Shown here one piece after another: positions 31,388-40,708 of a stretch of DNA of 64,000 nucleotides; position 1 is the stretch's first letter, and every line of letters starts with the position of its first letter. The DNA lies in the NCBI GenBank assembly GCA_963789265.1, contig CAWBKB010000007.1, positions 384,001 to 448,000 on the forward strand, written 5' to 3'. Origin of the DNA: an uncultured delta proteobacterium. GTDB taxonomy: Bacteria; Desulfobacterota; Desulfomonilia; Desulfomonilales; Desulfomonilaceae. The position numbers were made by a program, and so were the translations under genes. A model generated the notes under the pieces. The model ran no database searches. It was given only the letters and a program-made list of their open reading frames with translations, and was not told the DNA's origin.

Positions 31388-31808
31388 GGCGTCATTCTCG
31401 CGTACGCGAGAATCCAGACGAGGAGGGATCGTGCTAGAACCCAGGGGTCCTGAGTCGTCATTCTCGCGCACGCGGGAATCCAGACTCTGAATGACAGGCA
31501 GGATGCCTATCCCACTAAAGTCGTCATTCCCGCGGCACGCGGGAATCCAGACGATCTTGGTTGCCTCATCGGTACGCAGATCACTCGTCGTCATTCCCGC
31601 GCACGCGGGAATCCAGAACCGGCTGCCTCGATCATACTGACCGTGAAACCGGAGGTCGTCATTCCCGCGCACGCGGGAATCCAGGCCTAATGCTGTTACA
31701 CCTGGCACGACGTGAGGGAGTTGTCATTCTCGCGCACGCGGGAATCCACGCTGGACCCCGGATCTAGTCCGGGGTGACGGCATCATTACCTCGCACTCGG
31801 GAATCCAT
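31388..31808. repeat. CRISPR-like array: 7 palindromic 30-bp direct repeats with unique 35-38-bp spacers; no cas genes
   Basis: Consensus GTCGTCATTCCCGCGCACGCGGGAATCCAG at 31388, 31454, 31520, 31587, 31655, 31720 and 31779 (degenerate); spacers 36, 36, 36, 38, 35 and 29 bp. Confidence 0.88.
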
Positions 31809-31885
31809 TGTGGGGGCACCTCTCCCGGGTGCCCGCAAGACGGCAGACACTATCCCGCGTCGCGCGGGACTGCCCCTACTCGTCC

Positions 31886-33754
31886 CTACTCCGCCCCTTC
31901 TTTCAACTCGTCAAACTTGAATTGAACGGTCACCACTCCATCAGTAACCGACTTGTGCAAGACATAAGGTAGCTTATCGAAAGTCTTGAGCATCGGCTTG
32001 TTCGAGAATAATACGTCTGCTCGAAAACCCTTCATGCCGCGTTCCTCCGCTATTTCTATCAGGTAACGAAGAAGGCTGCTCGCGATTCCACGGCGCTGGA
32101 AGTCTTCGTCCACCATGAATGCTACGTCAGGATACTCCGATCCCGGCTCAATCATGTACCGAGCTTCGGCAATGATGCGGCGATTTTCCCGCGGGCCGAT
32201 CGTGACCACCAGGGAGCACCCTTCTTCTTCCCGCAGGTTAACGTACTTCTGCAAGTTTTCATGCGGCATACTTTTCCGGGGGCTGAAATATCGAAAATAG
32301 ACCGAACCCTCCGAAAGATTGTAGAACAGGTCCCTCATCATGGATTCATCGGATGGCTTGACCAATCTTATGTGAGCGTGAATCCCGCCCTTGAAGACGC
32401 GATCGGTCCGAATCCGCCGACGGAACTCAGGCGAAAACATGCGATAATAAACCTGGTTCGGATATACATAACCCAACTCCCGGGCTTGCCTCATAAGGTC
32501 TTCTCTGTGGTCGGGATGTGCGATCTCAATCAAGGCCATGGCGCGCTCCCGGATCGACTTGCCGCCCAGGTACGCAAGCCCGTATTCCGTTACAATGTAG
32601 TTAACCTCACCACGATTCATGATTACCGCGGATTTGGGGCCGAATGTGGGGACAATGGTGGATCGGCCGCTTCGGATGGAAGTAGATCGGAGACAGATAA
32701 TTGATCTGCCGCGCCGGGAAAGGCTCGCGCCCGTCATGAAGTCATGATCGCCTCCGGATCCTTCAAAAGCCGTCCATGAGGGGACCCCTTGCTTTATTTG
32801 GCCTCGCAGGTCTACCTGAACAGCCAGGTTTACCGCTACCATGCGGTCATTCGAGGCAATGAAAGACGGGGTGAGCAGCATATCCGAGGGATAAAGCTCG
32901 ATAAGGGAATTGTCGTGCACGTAGTCGTACAAACGCCGCGTGCCCATGCAACAGGTGGCCAAAGATTTGCCGCGAAACATTTTTTTTGTGCTGTTATCTA
33001 TAACGCCAGCCTCGATCAAGTCGATGAGCGGGTCGGTAAAGATCTCCGTGTGAATCCCCAGGTGCTTGCGGTCCTTGAGATAGTCCATGAGGCCCCTGGA
33101 TATGCTTGCAAAGCCGAACTGCACGACTGAGCCGTCTTCTATCAACTCACTCGCGTAGGCGCTTATCGTCATTTCCCGCTCACCGAGTACTTCTATGGGG
33201 AGTTCGCAAAGTTCTTCAGCCGCGTCAACGAGATAATCGATCCTATCAACCGGAACGAAGCTGTCACCGTGTGTTCGGGGCATCCAGGGGTTCACCTGCG
33301 CAATCACCATGCGGGCGGATTCCACAGCGGAGAGGCTCGTATCCACCGAGATACCGAGGCTGAACCGTCCGAATCTGTCGGGCTCGGAGACCTGAACTAT
33401 GGCCACATCTACGGGTATTCGTCGGTTTCTGAAGAAGTTAGGGATCTGGGAATGAAAAAGCGGGACATAATCGGCTTCGGATGGCAGTTCGGATTCTCCC
33501 GTTCGGCCTCCAACAAAGAAAGTCTTGATCCTGAATCGGCGATGGGCCTTTTTAGCGAGCGCTGTAGCCTCACGGCCGCTTATAAATTGGATCATTTCAA
33601 CATCTTCAAGGGGTGACTCTCCGAGGGCTTTGATTATTGTTGCGGGTTCGGAACACATGCTGCCCAGATAAATTCGGTCGCCATTTTTGACGCGGGCCGC
33701 GGCCTCTTCGGGAGAGACAAGCTTTGAGGCGTATTTGTGCTTCCAATTGTCCAT
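31886..33754 (-). CDS. Acetyl-CoA hydrolase/transferase fused to a C-terminal GNAT domain
   Basis: DVAIVQVSEPD..SLGISVD, LGIHTE, GSGGDHDF, YIVTEYG, IEIAHPDHRE; C-terminal VAFMVDEDFQRRGIA. Confidence 0.88.
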   Translation of the reverse strand: MDNWKHKYASKLVSPEEAAARVKNGDRIYLGSMCSEPATIIKALGESPLEDVEMIQFISGREATALAKKAHRRFRIKTFFVGGRTGESELPSEADYVPLFHSQIPNFFRNRRIPVDVAIVQVSEPDRFGRFSLGISVDTSLSAVESARMVIAQVNPWMPRTHGDSFVPVDRIDYLVDAAEELCELPIEVLGEREMTISAYASELIEDGSVVQFGFASISRGLMDYLKDRKHLGIHTEIFTDPLIDLIEAGVIDNSTKKMFRGKSLATCCMGTRRLYDYVHDNSLIELYPSDMLLTPSFIASNDRMVAVNLAVQVDLRGQIKQGVPSWTAFEGSGGDHDFMTGASLSRRGRSIICLRSTSIRSGRSTIVPTFGPKSAVIMNRGEVNYIVTEYGLAYLGGKSIRERAMALIEIAHPDHREDLMRQARELGYVYPNQVYYRMFSPEFRRRIRTDRVFKGGIHAHIRLVKPSDESMMRDLFYNLSEGSVYFRYFSPRKSMPHENLQKYVNLREEEGCSLVVTIGPRENRRIIAEARYMIEPGSEYPDVAFMVDEDFQRRGIASSLLRYLIEIAEERGMKGFRADVLFSNKPMLKTFDKLPYVLHKSVTDGVVTVQFKFDELKEGAE

Positions 33755-34104
33755 TGTCGGTTACTCTTTCAGCGGAGGCAGAGTTTAGCGACCGGCGCGG
33801 AGGCCGGTCCTACCGTTGTGGTGAACTCCGAATAGTGGGGCAGTCCCGCGCGGAACGCGGGATTGCCTGCCAAAGAGACAGGCAAGATGCCTGTCCCACC
33901 AACACCATCCAGCGCCGGAGGTCGCGTAGGATGTGCTGAACCCTGCGAATGCAGAGGGGAAGCGCATCGCTCGCGTCCCGGCCAACTCCCGTCCACGACC
34001 GACCCCTTACAGATGCGCTTCACTTCGCTCAGCACATCCTACAAGACTCTTTCGAATAGTGGGGCAGGCAGGATGCCTGTCCCTCCAATACCATCCAACG
34101 CCAA

Positions 34105-35173
34105 CTACCAAAGATCTGCCAAAAACCCCTCTTCCTCGACCTCTTGCCGTATGCGTCGGATTTTGGAAAGTGAGTCGAAAAAACACTCGAGGATCTTCGG
34201 GTCGAAATGGCTTCCATTACATTCTTTCATCACGGACAGAGCTTCAGCCTCGGGGAAGGCCGGCCGATAGACGCGGTCGGAGATCAGGGAATCATACACA
34301 TCAGCCACCGCCACTATACGGGCGGATTCCGGAATAGCTTCTCCTGCCAATCCGTGCGGGTATCCCGAGCCGTCCCATTTTTCGTGATGCGACAACGCAA
34401 TTTCTCCCGCAGTTTTCAGCACCTCGAAATTCGACCCCTTCATAATCCCGGCCCCTATCTCGGTGTGCTTTTTCACTATTTCGAATTCTACGGAGGTCAA
34501 TTTCCCCGGCTTGAGCAAAATACTGTCAGGAATGCCGATCTTGCCCACATCATGAATAGGAGCCGCTATTCTGATGTCGTCCACTTCTTTGGCCTCCCAC
34601 CCGAGGTAAGCCTTTGACAGCTCCGCCGAGAAAAGCCCGATTCTCTTGACATGACCCGGGGTCTCGTCAGTGCGTCGGCCTATGGCGGAAGTGAGCCGTA
34701 GGACGAATTGCTCTTCTTGCTTACGGACTTCTCCTATCCGCTGTCGGACGTGCTCAGCCAGGTTGCTCTCGGTACTCATGGCTCAAACGGCTGATATCCC
34801 GGCGTTCCAGAGCACTGGCGACGCTTATCAGGATCTCGTTCTTGTCAAACGGTTTGATTATATACCCATAAGCGCCGAGTTCCAGCGTAAGGATTGCTGT
34901 TTTGCGGTCATCTACCGCGGTGACCATCAGGACCGCCATGTCAGGGTACAGGGGCCTGGTGATTGTCAAGAGATCGATCCCGGACATGCCCGGCATCATG
35001 ATGTCGCTAATCAGCAAATGAAACGTCTGCTGTTCCATGAACTTCAAAGCGGTCTCTCCATCGGACGCGGTGACGCATCTGTAACCTTCACCGGTCAACC
35101 AGCGAGAGAGAATTTCTGAGATGTGCGGCTCATCGTCTACAATAAGAATCTTTCCGTCTCGGCCTTCGGTCAT
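34105..35173 (-). CDS. Response regulator with HD-GYP phosphodiesterase domain; frameshift near 34771
   Basis: ILIVDDE..SDIMMPGMSG..KPF; HDVGKIGIPD, HHEKWDGSGYP, VADVYD. Confidence 0.88.
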
Positions 35174-35802
35174 TGCGGACCCCTTCCAGGTTGCTTTACA
35201 GATTCCCACACGTAACATATATATTATACTTGTTTTTTGAGTCAATGAAAAACCGCAACGGAATACAAAGCCTGGCGCTTAGTACAGCGTTTCATAGGTA
35301 CGGTTTCTTATTTCGGGCAATGTTGTGTCTGCTTACAACCCTGTTCGACGCCGTCACCCCGGACTCCGATCCGGGCTATGTAGGGGCGGACCCGCGTGTC
35401 CGCCCCTACAGATGCTCGCGTACGCGGGCATAACGGCAGGCAATCCCGCCCGGGTCAGAGGTAGGGGATTTCGTGTTACGATTTTGTCCGGTTCAAGAGT
35501 TTTGAGACAGTTCCATCTTGCCTGTCGATCATGAAATGACAGGCAATCCCGCCCAGGCGGGACTGTCCCGATACATGCGGGGGAGGAAAACGCGTCATTG
35601 GAGATAGAACGAGCAAAAGCCTGCACGCGCAAACTCTTGCTCGATCTTTTACGTTGGCACGCCTCGAAAGTGGTCTTAAGGATAAAGCCCTTTCGGCCCT
35701 ATCATCCTTGCTCTCCGCCGAGAGAGAGGGTAAGGACGATGTCCTAGCAATTTCAAAGCGTTTTGTGGCAGTTCAGTAAGGCTATAAGGCTAAATCGGCT
35801 TT

Positions 35803-36111
35803 TTACCAGCGGGACTGCCTGTGCTCTCTTCTTCCGCCTCCGCCTCCGCCTCCGCCCTCTCTCTTCGGGCGAGCCTCATTCACTTTCAGACTGCGGCCTT
35901 TGAAATCTTTGGTGTCCAATTCCTGAATCGCACGCAAGCCCTCTTCACGCTCAGCCATCTCGATGAAGCCAAATCCTCGAGATCTACCGGTGAATTGGTC
36001 GGAGATAATCTTTGCGGAATCGACCCGGCCGTAAGCCTCGAACAGTTCCTTGAGTTGGTCCTCGCTTGCGTCGAAGGACAAGTTACCGACATAAATGTTG
36101 ATCGCGCTCAT
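35803..36111 (-). CDS. RRM-domain RNA-binding protein
   Basis: IYVGNL (RNP2), RGFGFIEM (RNP1), LKVNEARP, Gly-rich tail. Confidence 0.93.
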   Translation of the reverse strand: MSAINIYVGNLSFDASEDQLKELFEAYGRVDSAKIISDQFTGRSRGFGFIEMAEREEGLRAIQELDTKDFKGRSLKVNEARPKREGGGGGGGGRREHRQSRW

Positions 36112-36493
36112 TCTTTCGCTCCTTTGTGAAAAAACACCCTTGTATGAACTACATGAGTGCAGGGTTGAACATTACTATCCAAGAGATACGGGAGTAGATT
36201 CACCGGAGTGATAAATGTGCGGGTTATTAGCACGGGCGTATTCTTAAATCGTGGTCTCTCTCTTCTTGCTTCACGCCCGTCAGCTAAAATAGGCCGGGGG
36301 GGAAATACAAGGAAATCTTTACGTTGCAATATAGGACAGGCTATTCCACCTGTCAAGATATTTCCGTCGAAGATAGTATGTATTCACTAGATGTGGAGCA
36401 AAAGGTTGTTGTTGCGAGTCCCGCGCCTCGCGGGAAAGCAATCTCCTCCCCATGCGCTCGCGTAAGATGCGGGGAAGCCCCGCGAACTCGGAC

Positions 36494-37732
36494 CTACTGC
36501 ATTTTGGGCATGTTGCACCCTGTTTGCTCTAACGAAGGGGTAATCGCCTCGCCCGGAAATATCTTCATAGAATCGAGTCTCCGGCACCGCAATTTTGCAT
36601 CAAAATCTCCCGTCAAACCCCAAACCCCGTCGATGATCGCTTGATGATCGCCTGCTCGAATAAGAGTTCGTCCTTGAGGCAGGTCCACAAATAATCCCTC
36701 GAGGGCCTTTACGACCTTGTCCTTGTCGACTGTGCCGGCTTTCTTCACTGCTTCAACATAAGTTTTTACCCCCGCGTACCCTCCCTGAGCATTAAAATCG
36801 GGAAACACGTGGTATCGCGCCCTGTACGCTTCCACGAACTGTTCATTTGCGGGCGTAGTCTGCGCTTGGAACCAATAAAGGCCACTCAGCCATACTCCCT
36901 TTGGCAGTTCGGTTCCGAGTCCAATCATGACATCTCCTGAATACGCGAGGTTCATCAATACCTTCCGACCGGCGCTGAAAAAACCGGCAGCGGAGGCCTC
37001 ACGAATGAAATCCATCAGATTACCCGAATAGAGTGAGATCAGAACGCCGTTGGCTCCGGTCTTCATGATCTTTTCGATGTACGGCTTGAACTCGAGAGTC
37101 GTAACAGGCGCGTAGGCAATTTCCGATTTCGGAGCAAACGTCACGTCACTGCGCTTATCCCGAAGATAATTCTGAAAGTATTCCCAGCACTGGTAACCGA
37201 ATAGATAGTCGGGTCCTATTGTTGTCCAGTGCGTAACATCCTTCATGTCGGCTGCCAAGGTCGCTGCTCCCATGATATTCTGAGGCCCATTCATCGAAAT
37301 GCGAAATGTGTACGGATTGCACTTTGGGCCCGTAACATCCGGCGTCATGGCAAGCGTGATGATGAGAGGAGTCTTCAATCGATCCATCTCCGGGGACACG
37401 GCATCCGCCACAGCACTGGAAACTATGCCCAACACCACGTCGACTTTCTGATCGCTCACAAGCTTTTTCGCCGCTTCAACACCAACCTTGGGTTTCAGTT
37501 GCGTGTCCGAAAAGATCCCTTCCACTCTTCGGCCCAGCAGACCACCTGCTTGGTTGACTTCTTCCATTGCAATCGTGGCGCCCTGCTTGGCACCTGCGCC
37601 GTAGGTGGCAAGCCGGCCGGAAAACGTGTAGAGAAAACCTAATTTTATAGGCTCCTGAGATATACACGGAGAGGGACGGAAAAATGTGATTGCGATGAGG
37701 CAGGAAGCAACTAAAACCGAGATTGCTTTCAT
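36494..37732 (-). CDS. Branched-chain amino acid-type ABC transporter substrate-binding protein (stand-alone)
   Basis: IKLGFLYTFSG, EEVNQAGGLLGR, PDYLFG, AVKKAGTVD, IRAGDHQA; signal peptide. Confidence 0.88.
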   Translation of the reverse strand: MKAISVLVASCLIAITFFRPSPCISQEPIKLGFLYTFSGRLATYGAGAKQGATIAMEEVNQAGGLLGRRVEGIFSDTQLKPKVGVEAAKKLVSDQKVDVVLGIVSSAVADAVSPEMDRLKTPLIITLAMTPDVTGPKCNPYTFRISMNGPQNIMGAATLAADMKDVTHWTTIGPDYLFGYQCWEYFQNYLRDKRSDVTFAPKSEIAYAPVTTLEFKPYIEKIMKTGANGVLISLYSGNLMDFIREASAAGFFSAGRKVLMNLAYSGDVMIGLGTELPKGVWLSGLYWFQAQTTPANEQFVEAYRARYHVFPDFNAQGGYAGVKTYVEAVKKAGTVDKDKVVKALEGLFVDLPQGRTLIRAGDHQAIIDGVWGLTGDFDAKLRCRRLDSMKIFPGEAITPSLEQTGCNMPKMQ

Positions 37733-38270
37733 AGCGGCTCCTTTCGGGTGGTCTGGAAACGCGAAGCGCAGTGTTCTATTTGCAATTATATGTTTTTACA
37801 GTAAGTTGCGGTTTATGGACGGAAAACTTGAGGCTTTCCACCTTAATACCTTGCGGGCCTGCTTCTACCACCTCCTTCCGCCAGGGTCCTATAGGAGCTG
37901 CTCAAATTGCAGTTGGTCTGCAAGCGGTCCCTGGTAAAGTGCTCGAGATCCACGACTGAATACCACAAGTGCGCATTTTGAGTGTCTGTCCGAAGGTGCG
38001 GGGCAGGTGATATGCACCACCTATCTCGCAAGAAGCGAGGAGATCCTCATTGCAAGAAGAATACCTGTCTGCCAAGCATCCCGAGAATACTCGGCTTTTG
38101 TTCCTCAGTCAACAAAAAGGTAAACTATCTTTCAGCCTGAAAGGTGTTTTTTTCTTAGCGGATTGCTCGGCCAATGTGCGGAGTACACAGGAATCTGCTC
38201 TTTCGCTAGCCGATGAATGCTAGGATGGCCCAATTACCTTCCAATTCGGAAACAATTTCGACCTTGGACC

Positions 38271-38299
38271 TTGTCACCCGTAACGTATCATGTTACAGT
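38271..38299 (+). promoter_or_regulatory. Sigma70-type promoter with overlapping operator palindrome for higBA
   Basis: TTGTCA-17 bp-TACAGT with TGn extension; GTAAC-N7-GTTAC at 38280-38296. Confidence 0.6.
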
Positions 38300-38305
38300 G
38301 TTAAT

Positions 38306-38584
38306 ATGGTCGTCAGATTCAAGCACAAGGGCCTGGAGCGCTTCTTCGCCGAGGCCAGCCGCGCGGGTATTCAGAGCAAACACGCGAAGCGCCTCCGCCT
38401 TATCTTGGGTCGTTTGCATGCCTCGACCAGCCCGCGAGACATGAAATTGCCCGGTTTGAATATGCATGAATTGAGCGGAGATCGTGGGGGTTATTGGGCG
38501 GTCAAAGTTAGTGGTAATTGGCGTGTAACTTTTCGCTTTGTAGGCGAAGATGCCGATTCAGTAGACTATGAAGACCATCCGTGA
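38306..38584 (+). CDS. higB: HigB-like toxin (plasmid maintenance killer family)
   Basis: [41 protein letters not shown]. Confidence 0.88.
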   Translation: MVVRFKHKGLERFFAEASRAGIQSKHAKRLRLILGRLHASTSPRDMKLPGLNMHELSGDRGGYWAVKVSGNWRVTFRFVGEDADSVDYEDHP

Positions 38585-38592
38585 GGTGTAAT

Positions 38593-38880
38593 ATGCTGAT
38601 GCACAATCCTCCTCATCCCGGAGAGATCCTCAAGGAACTATGTTTGAAGCCGCTTGGACTAACTGTAACCGAGACAGCCAAGGCGTTGGGTGTGAGCCGA
38701 AAGACATTGTCCGGCATTCTCAATGGTCATGCCGGGATAAGCCCTGAAATGGCCATACGGCTCTCCATTGCATTTGACACCACGGCTGAGAGCTGGCTAA
38801 ACCAGCAGGTGCAATACGATCTGTGGCAAGCGGAGCAGCGCCGAGATCAGCTCAGGGTCAAGCGCCTGTCCGCGGCTTAG
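38593..38880 (+). CDS. higA: HigA antitoxin (XRE HTH)
   Basis: [42 protein letters not shown]. Confidence 0.92.
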   Translation: MLMHNPPHPGEILKELCLKPLGLTVTETAKALGVSRKTLSGILNGHAGISPEMAIRLSIAFDTTAESWLNQQVQYDLWQAEQRRDQLRVKRLSAA

Positions 38881-38933
38881 ATCGGTAGGAAGACGTGGTA
38901 GAGGCCCGTCATCAACTGAGGTATAATTAAACT

Positions 38934-39176
38934 ATGAAACAGGATGCTGCGGAAATTTTAAAGAAGGCCCTGGAGCTTCCACCTGAAGCGCAAGCGGCAA
39001 TTGCCGGATCATTGCTTGACAGCCTTGACCAGACTCTCGATGACAACGTGGAAGCGGCATGGGAGGATGAGATCCTCCTACGTCTGAAAGACATCGATGA
39101 GGGCAGAGTCAACCTGGTGCCCCGGGCTGAAGCTCGACGGCTGATAACGGTAAGTAACGGCACGGTGAATCTGTGA
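38934..39176 (+). CDS. Putative addiction-module antitoxin component
   Basis: ALELPPEAQAAIAGSLLDSLD..VEAAWEDEILLRL..GRVNLVP. Confidence 0.78.
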   Translation: MKQDAAEILKKALELPPEAQAAIAGSLLDSLDQTLDDNVEAAWEDEILLRLKDIDEGRVNLVPRAEARRLITVSNGTVNL

Positions 39177-39427
39177 GCCGGCATCAAAAGCTTCTCTTTC
39201 AGATCTTGCGTGGTGTGTCAGACGACAATATTCCTTTCGATGGTCTATGCGCGCTACTCCTGCGGTTGGGTTTTCATGAACGCACCCGCGGTAGCCATCA
39301 CATCTTTAGGAAAGAAGGGATTGACGAGAAGATCAACCTGCAACGAGATAGCGCACAGGCTAAGGCATATCAGGTTCGTCAAGTGCGGGCAGTGATACTA
39401 AAATATCGTCTGGGAGGAGACCTCTAG
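39173..39427 (+). CDS. hicA: HicA-family toxin
   Basis: LLRLGFHERTRGSHHIF, INLQ, AKAYQVRQVR. Confidence 0.85.
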   Translation: MSRHQKLLFQILRGVSDDNIPFDGLCALLLRLGFHERTRGSHHIFRKEGIDEKINLQRDSAQAKAYQVRQVRAVILKYRLGGDL

Positions 39428-39640
39428 ATGCAAAAATACGAAATTATTATCTATTGGAGCAATGAGGATCAGGCATTCATAGCTGACGTGCCGGAACTGC
39501 CCGGCTGCATGGCACATGGGGATAGTGAAGAGTTAGCGCTGCAGCAGGCCAAAGAGGCCATTCAGCTATGGGTTGACACCGCGCGAGAGTTTGGAGACCC
39601 AATACCTGAGCCCAAAGGCCGCCGCCTTATGCTTGCGTGA
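39428..39640 (+). CDS. hicB: HicB-family antitoxin
   Basis: YEIIIYWSNEDQAFIADVPELPGCMAHGD, GDPIPEPKG. Confidence 0.9.
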   Translation: MQKYEIIIYWSNEDQAFIADVPELPGCMAHGDSEELALQQAKEAIQLWVDTAREFGDPIPEPKGRRLMLA

Positions 39641-39745
39641 GGAGCAGTTCGTGGGTCGGGCCATACTCGATCACACGGGCTGCCCTACAAATTCCTGGTA
39701 CGGCCGAACCCAATGCCGGTTTTGTCTGCAAGATTGTACAGAATG

Positions 39746-40450
39746 TCAGGTTGTTACCAGAAGATCCTCCTTCGCTCGACGTTCCAGCAGCATCTCAGCC
39801 ATCTCAAGATCTTCGACCGTGGTGATCTTTGTGTTGTCCCGAGAATCCTCGACGATGTCCACCAGAAGCCCCATACGTTCCACGAGCATCGCGTCGTCAG
39901 TTCCGTTGAAGCCGGCTTCCAGGGCTTTCCGATGTGCTTCGAGGATCAATGACGTGCGGAATGTCTGAGGCGTGTGAGCCAGCCATAGGTCCGAGCGCGG
40001 AATGGTCTCCAGATGACCGTCGGTCCTTTTCTTGACTGTGTCGCGAATCGGCAAGCACGCGAGGGCCGCACCGATTGATTCGGCAGCTCTGATAGTAGCC
40101 GTAATGACATCAGCAGAAACCAGAGGCCGCACCCCGTCATGAATCGCGACTATGTCCGTGTCTTCAAGCATGGTCAGGCCGTTGTAAACTGAGGCTTGTC
40201 TGGTCGAGCCTCCGGCAACGACCGCTATAACTTTTCTCAAATCGAAAGGTTCCAGAATTTCCGATCGACAAAGATCTTCATCTTCAGGGGGGACCGTCAC
40301 AACAATGCGGTCAATGAGCGGGTGCTTCTCAAAGGCGATCAAAGTGCGAGCCAGGATCGGAACCCCTTTCAGAGCTAAATACTGCTTCGGGATGCGGCTA
40401 CCCATCCTCACGCCGGCACCTGCCGCTGTGATAAGCGCTGCAACAATCAT
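39746..40450 (-). CDS. ispD: 2-C-methyl-D-erythritol 4-phosphate cytidylyltransferase
   Basis: AAGAGVRM..PKQY, GGSTRQASV, IHDGVRP, TPQTF, TDDA, KITTVEDL. Confidence 0.93.
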   Translation of the reverse strand: MIVAALITAAGAGVRMGSRIPKQYLALKGVPILARTLIAFEKHPLIDRIVVTVPPEDEDLCRSEILEPFDLRKVIAVVAGGSTRQASVYNGLTMLEDTDIVAIHDGVRPLVSADVITATIRAAESIGAALACLPIRDTVKKRTDGHLETIPRSDLWLAHTPQTFRTSLILEAHRKALEAGFNGTDDAMLVERMGLLVDIVEDSRDNTKITTVEDLEMAEMLLERRAKEDLLVTT

Positions 40451-40708
40451 CTGCCTCGGCTCCAAAGCAATTTCAAAACGTGAAGAGCATTTGAAAGCGT
40501 GCCGGGGGCAACTTTTTGCAAAAAGTTTCCCCCGGCAACCCCCTTCAAAAACTCTTTATCATCGCAAATGCTTGCACCCGCCGCCAGTCTGATGACGAGG
40601 TCGAAAGGATGAGTGCCGGCTGGTCTTGGATCAAGCATCGGCCTGTGCCCCTAAGGCAACGGGAATGTAAATAACTAGAGCATTTGCAGCCACTTTGGCG
40701 TTCCGCGG

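Noticed and set aside
31349..31708. 120-aa N-terminal extension of the GIY-YIG ORF in the track
   Set aside because: It is translated repeat sequence (WIPACAGMT, LDSRVREND); a proper RBS and GTG lie at 31348-31357.
31388..31808. Calling the array a canonical CRISPR
   Set aside because: No cas genes or AT-rich leader in the window, repeats continue on both sides of a GIY-YIG gene, and the repeat resembles CGTC-type REPs/dRS3; kept as CRISPR-like only.
38880..38933. Integron cassette array explaining the TA cluster
   Set aside because: No attC-like inverted core sites and no integrase in the window.
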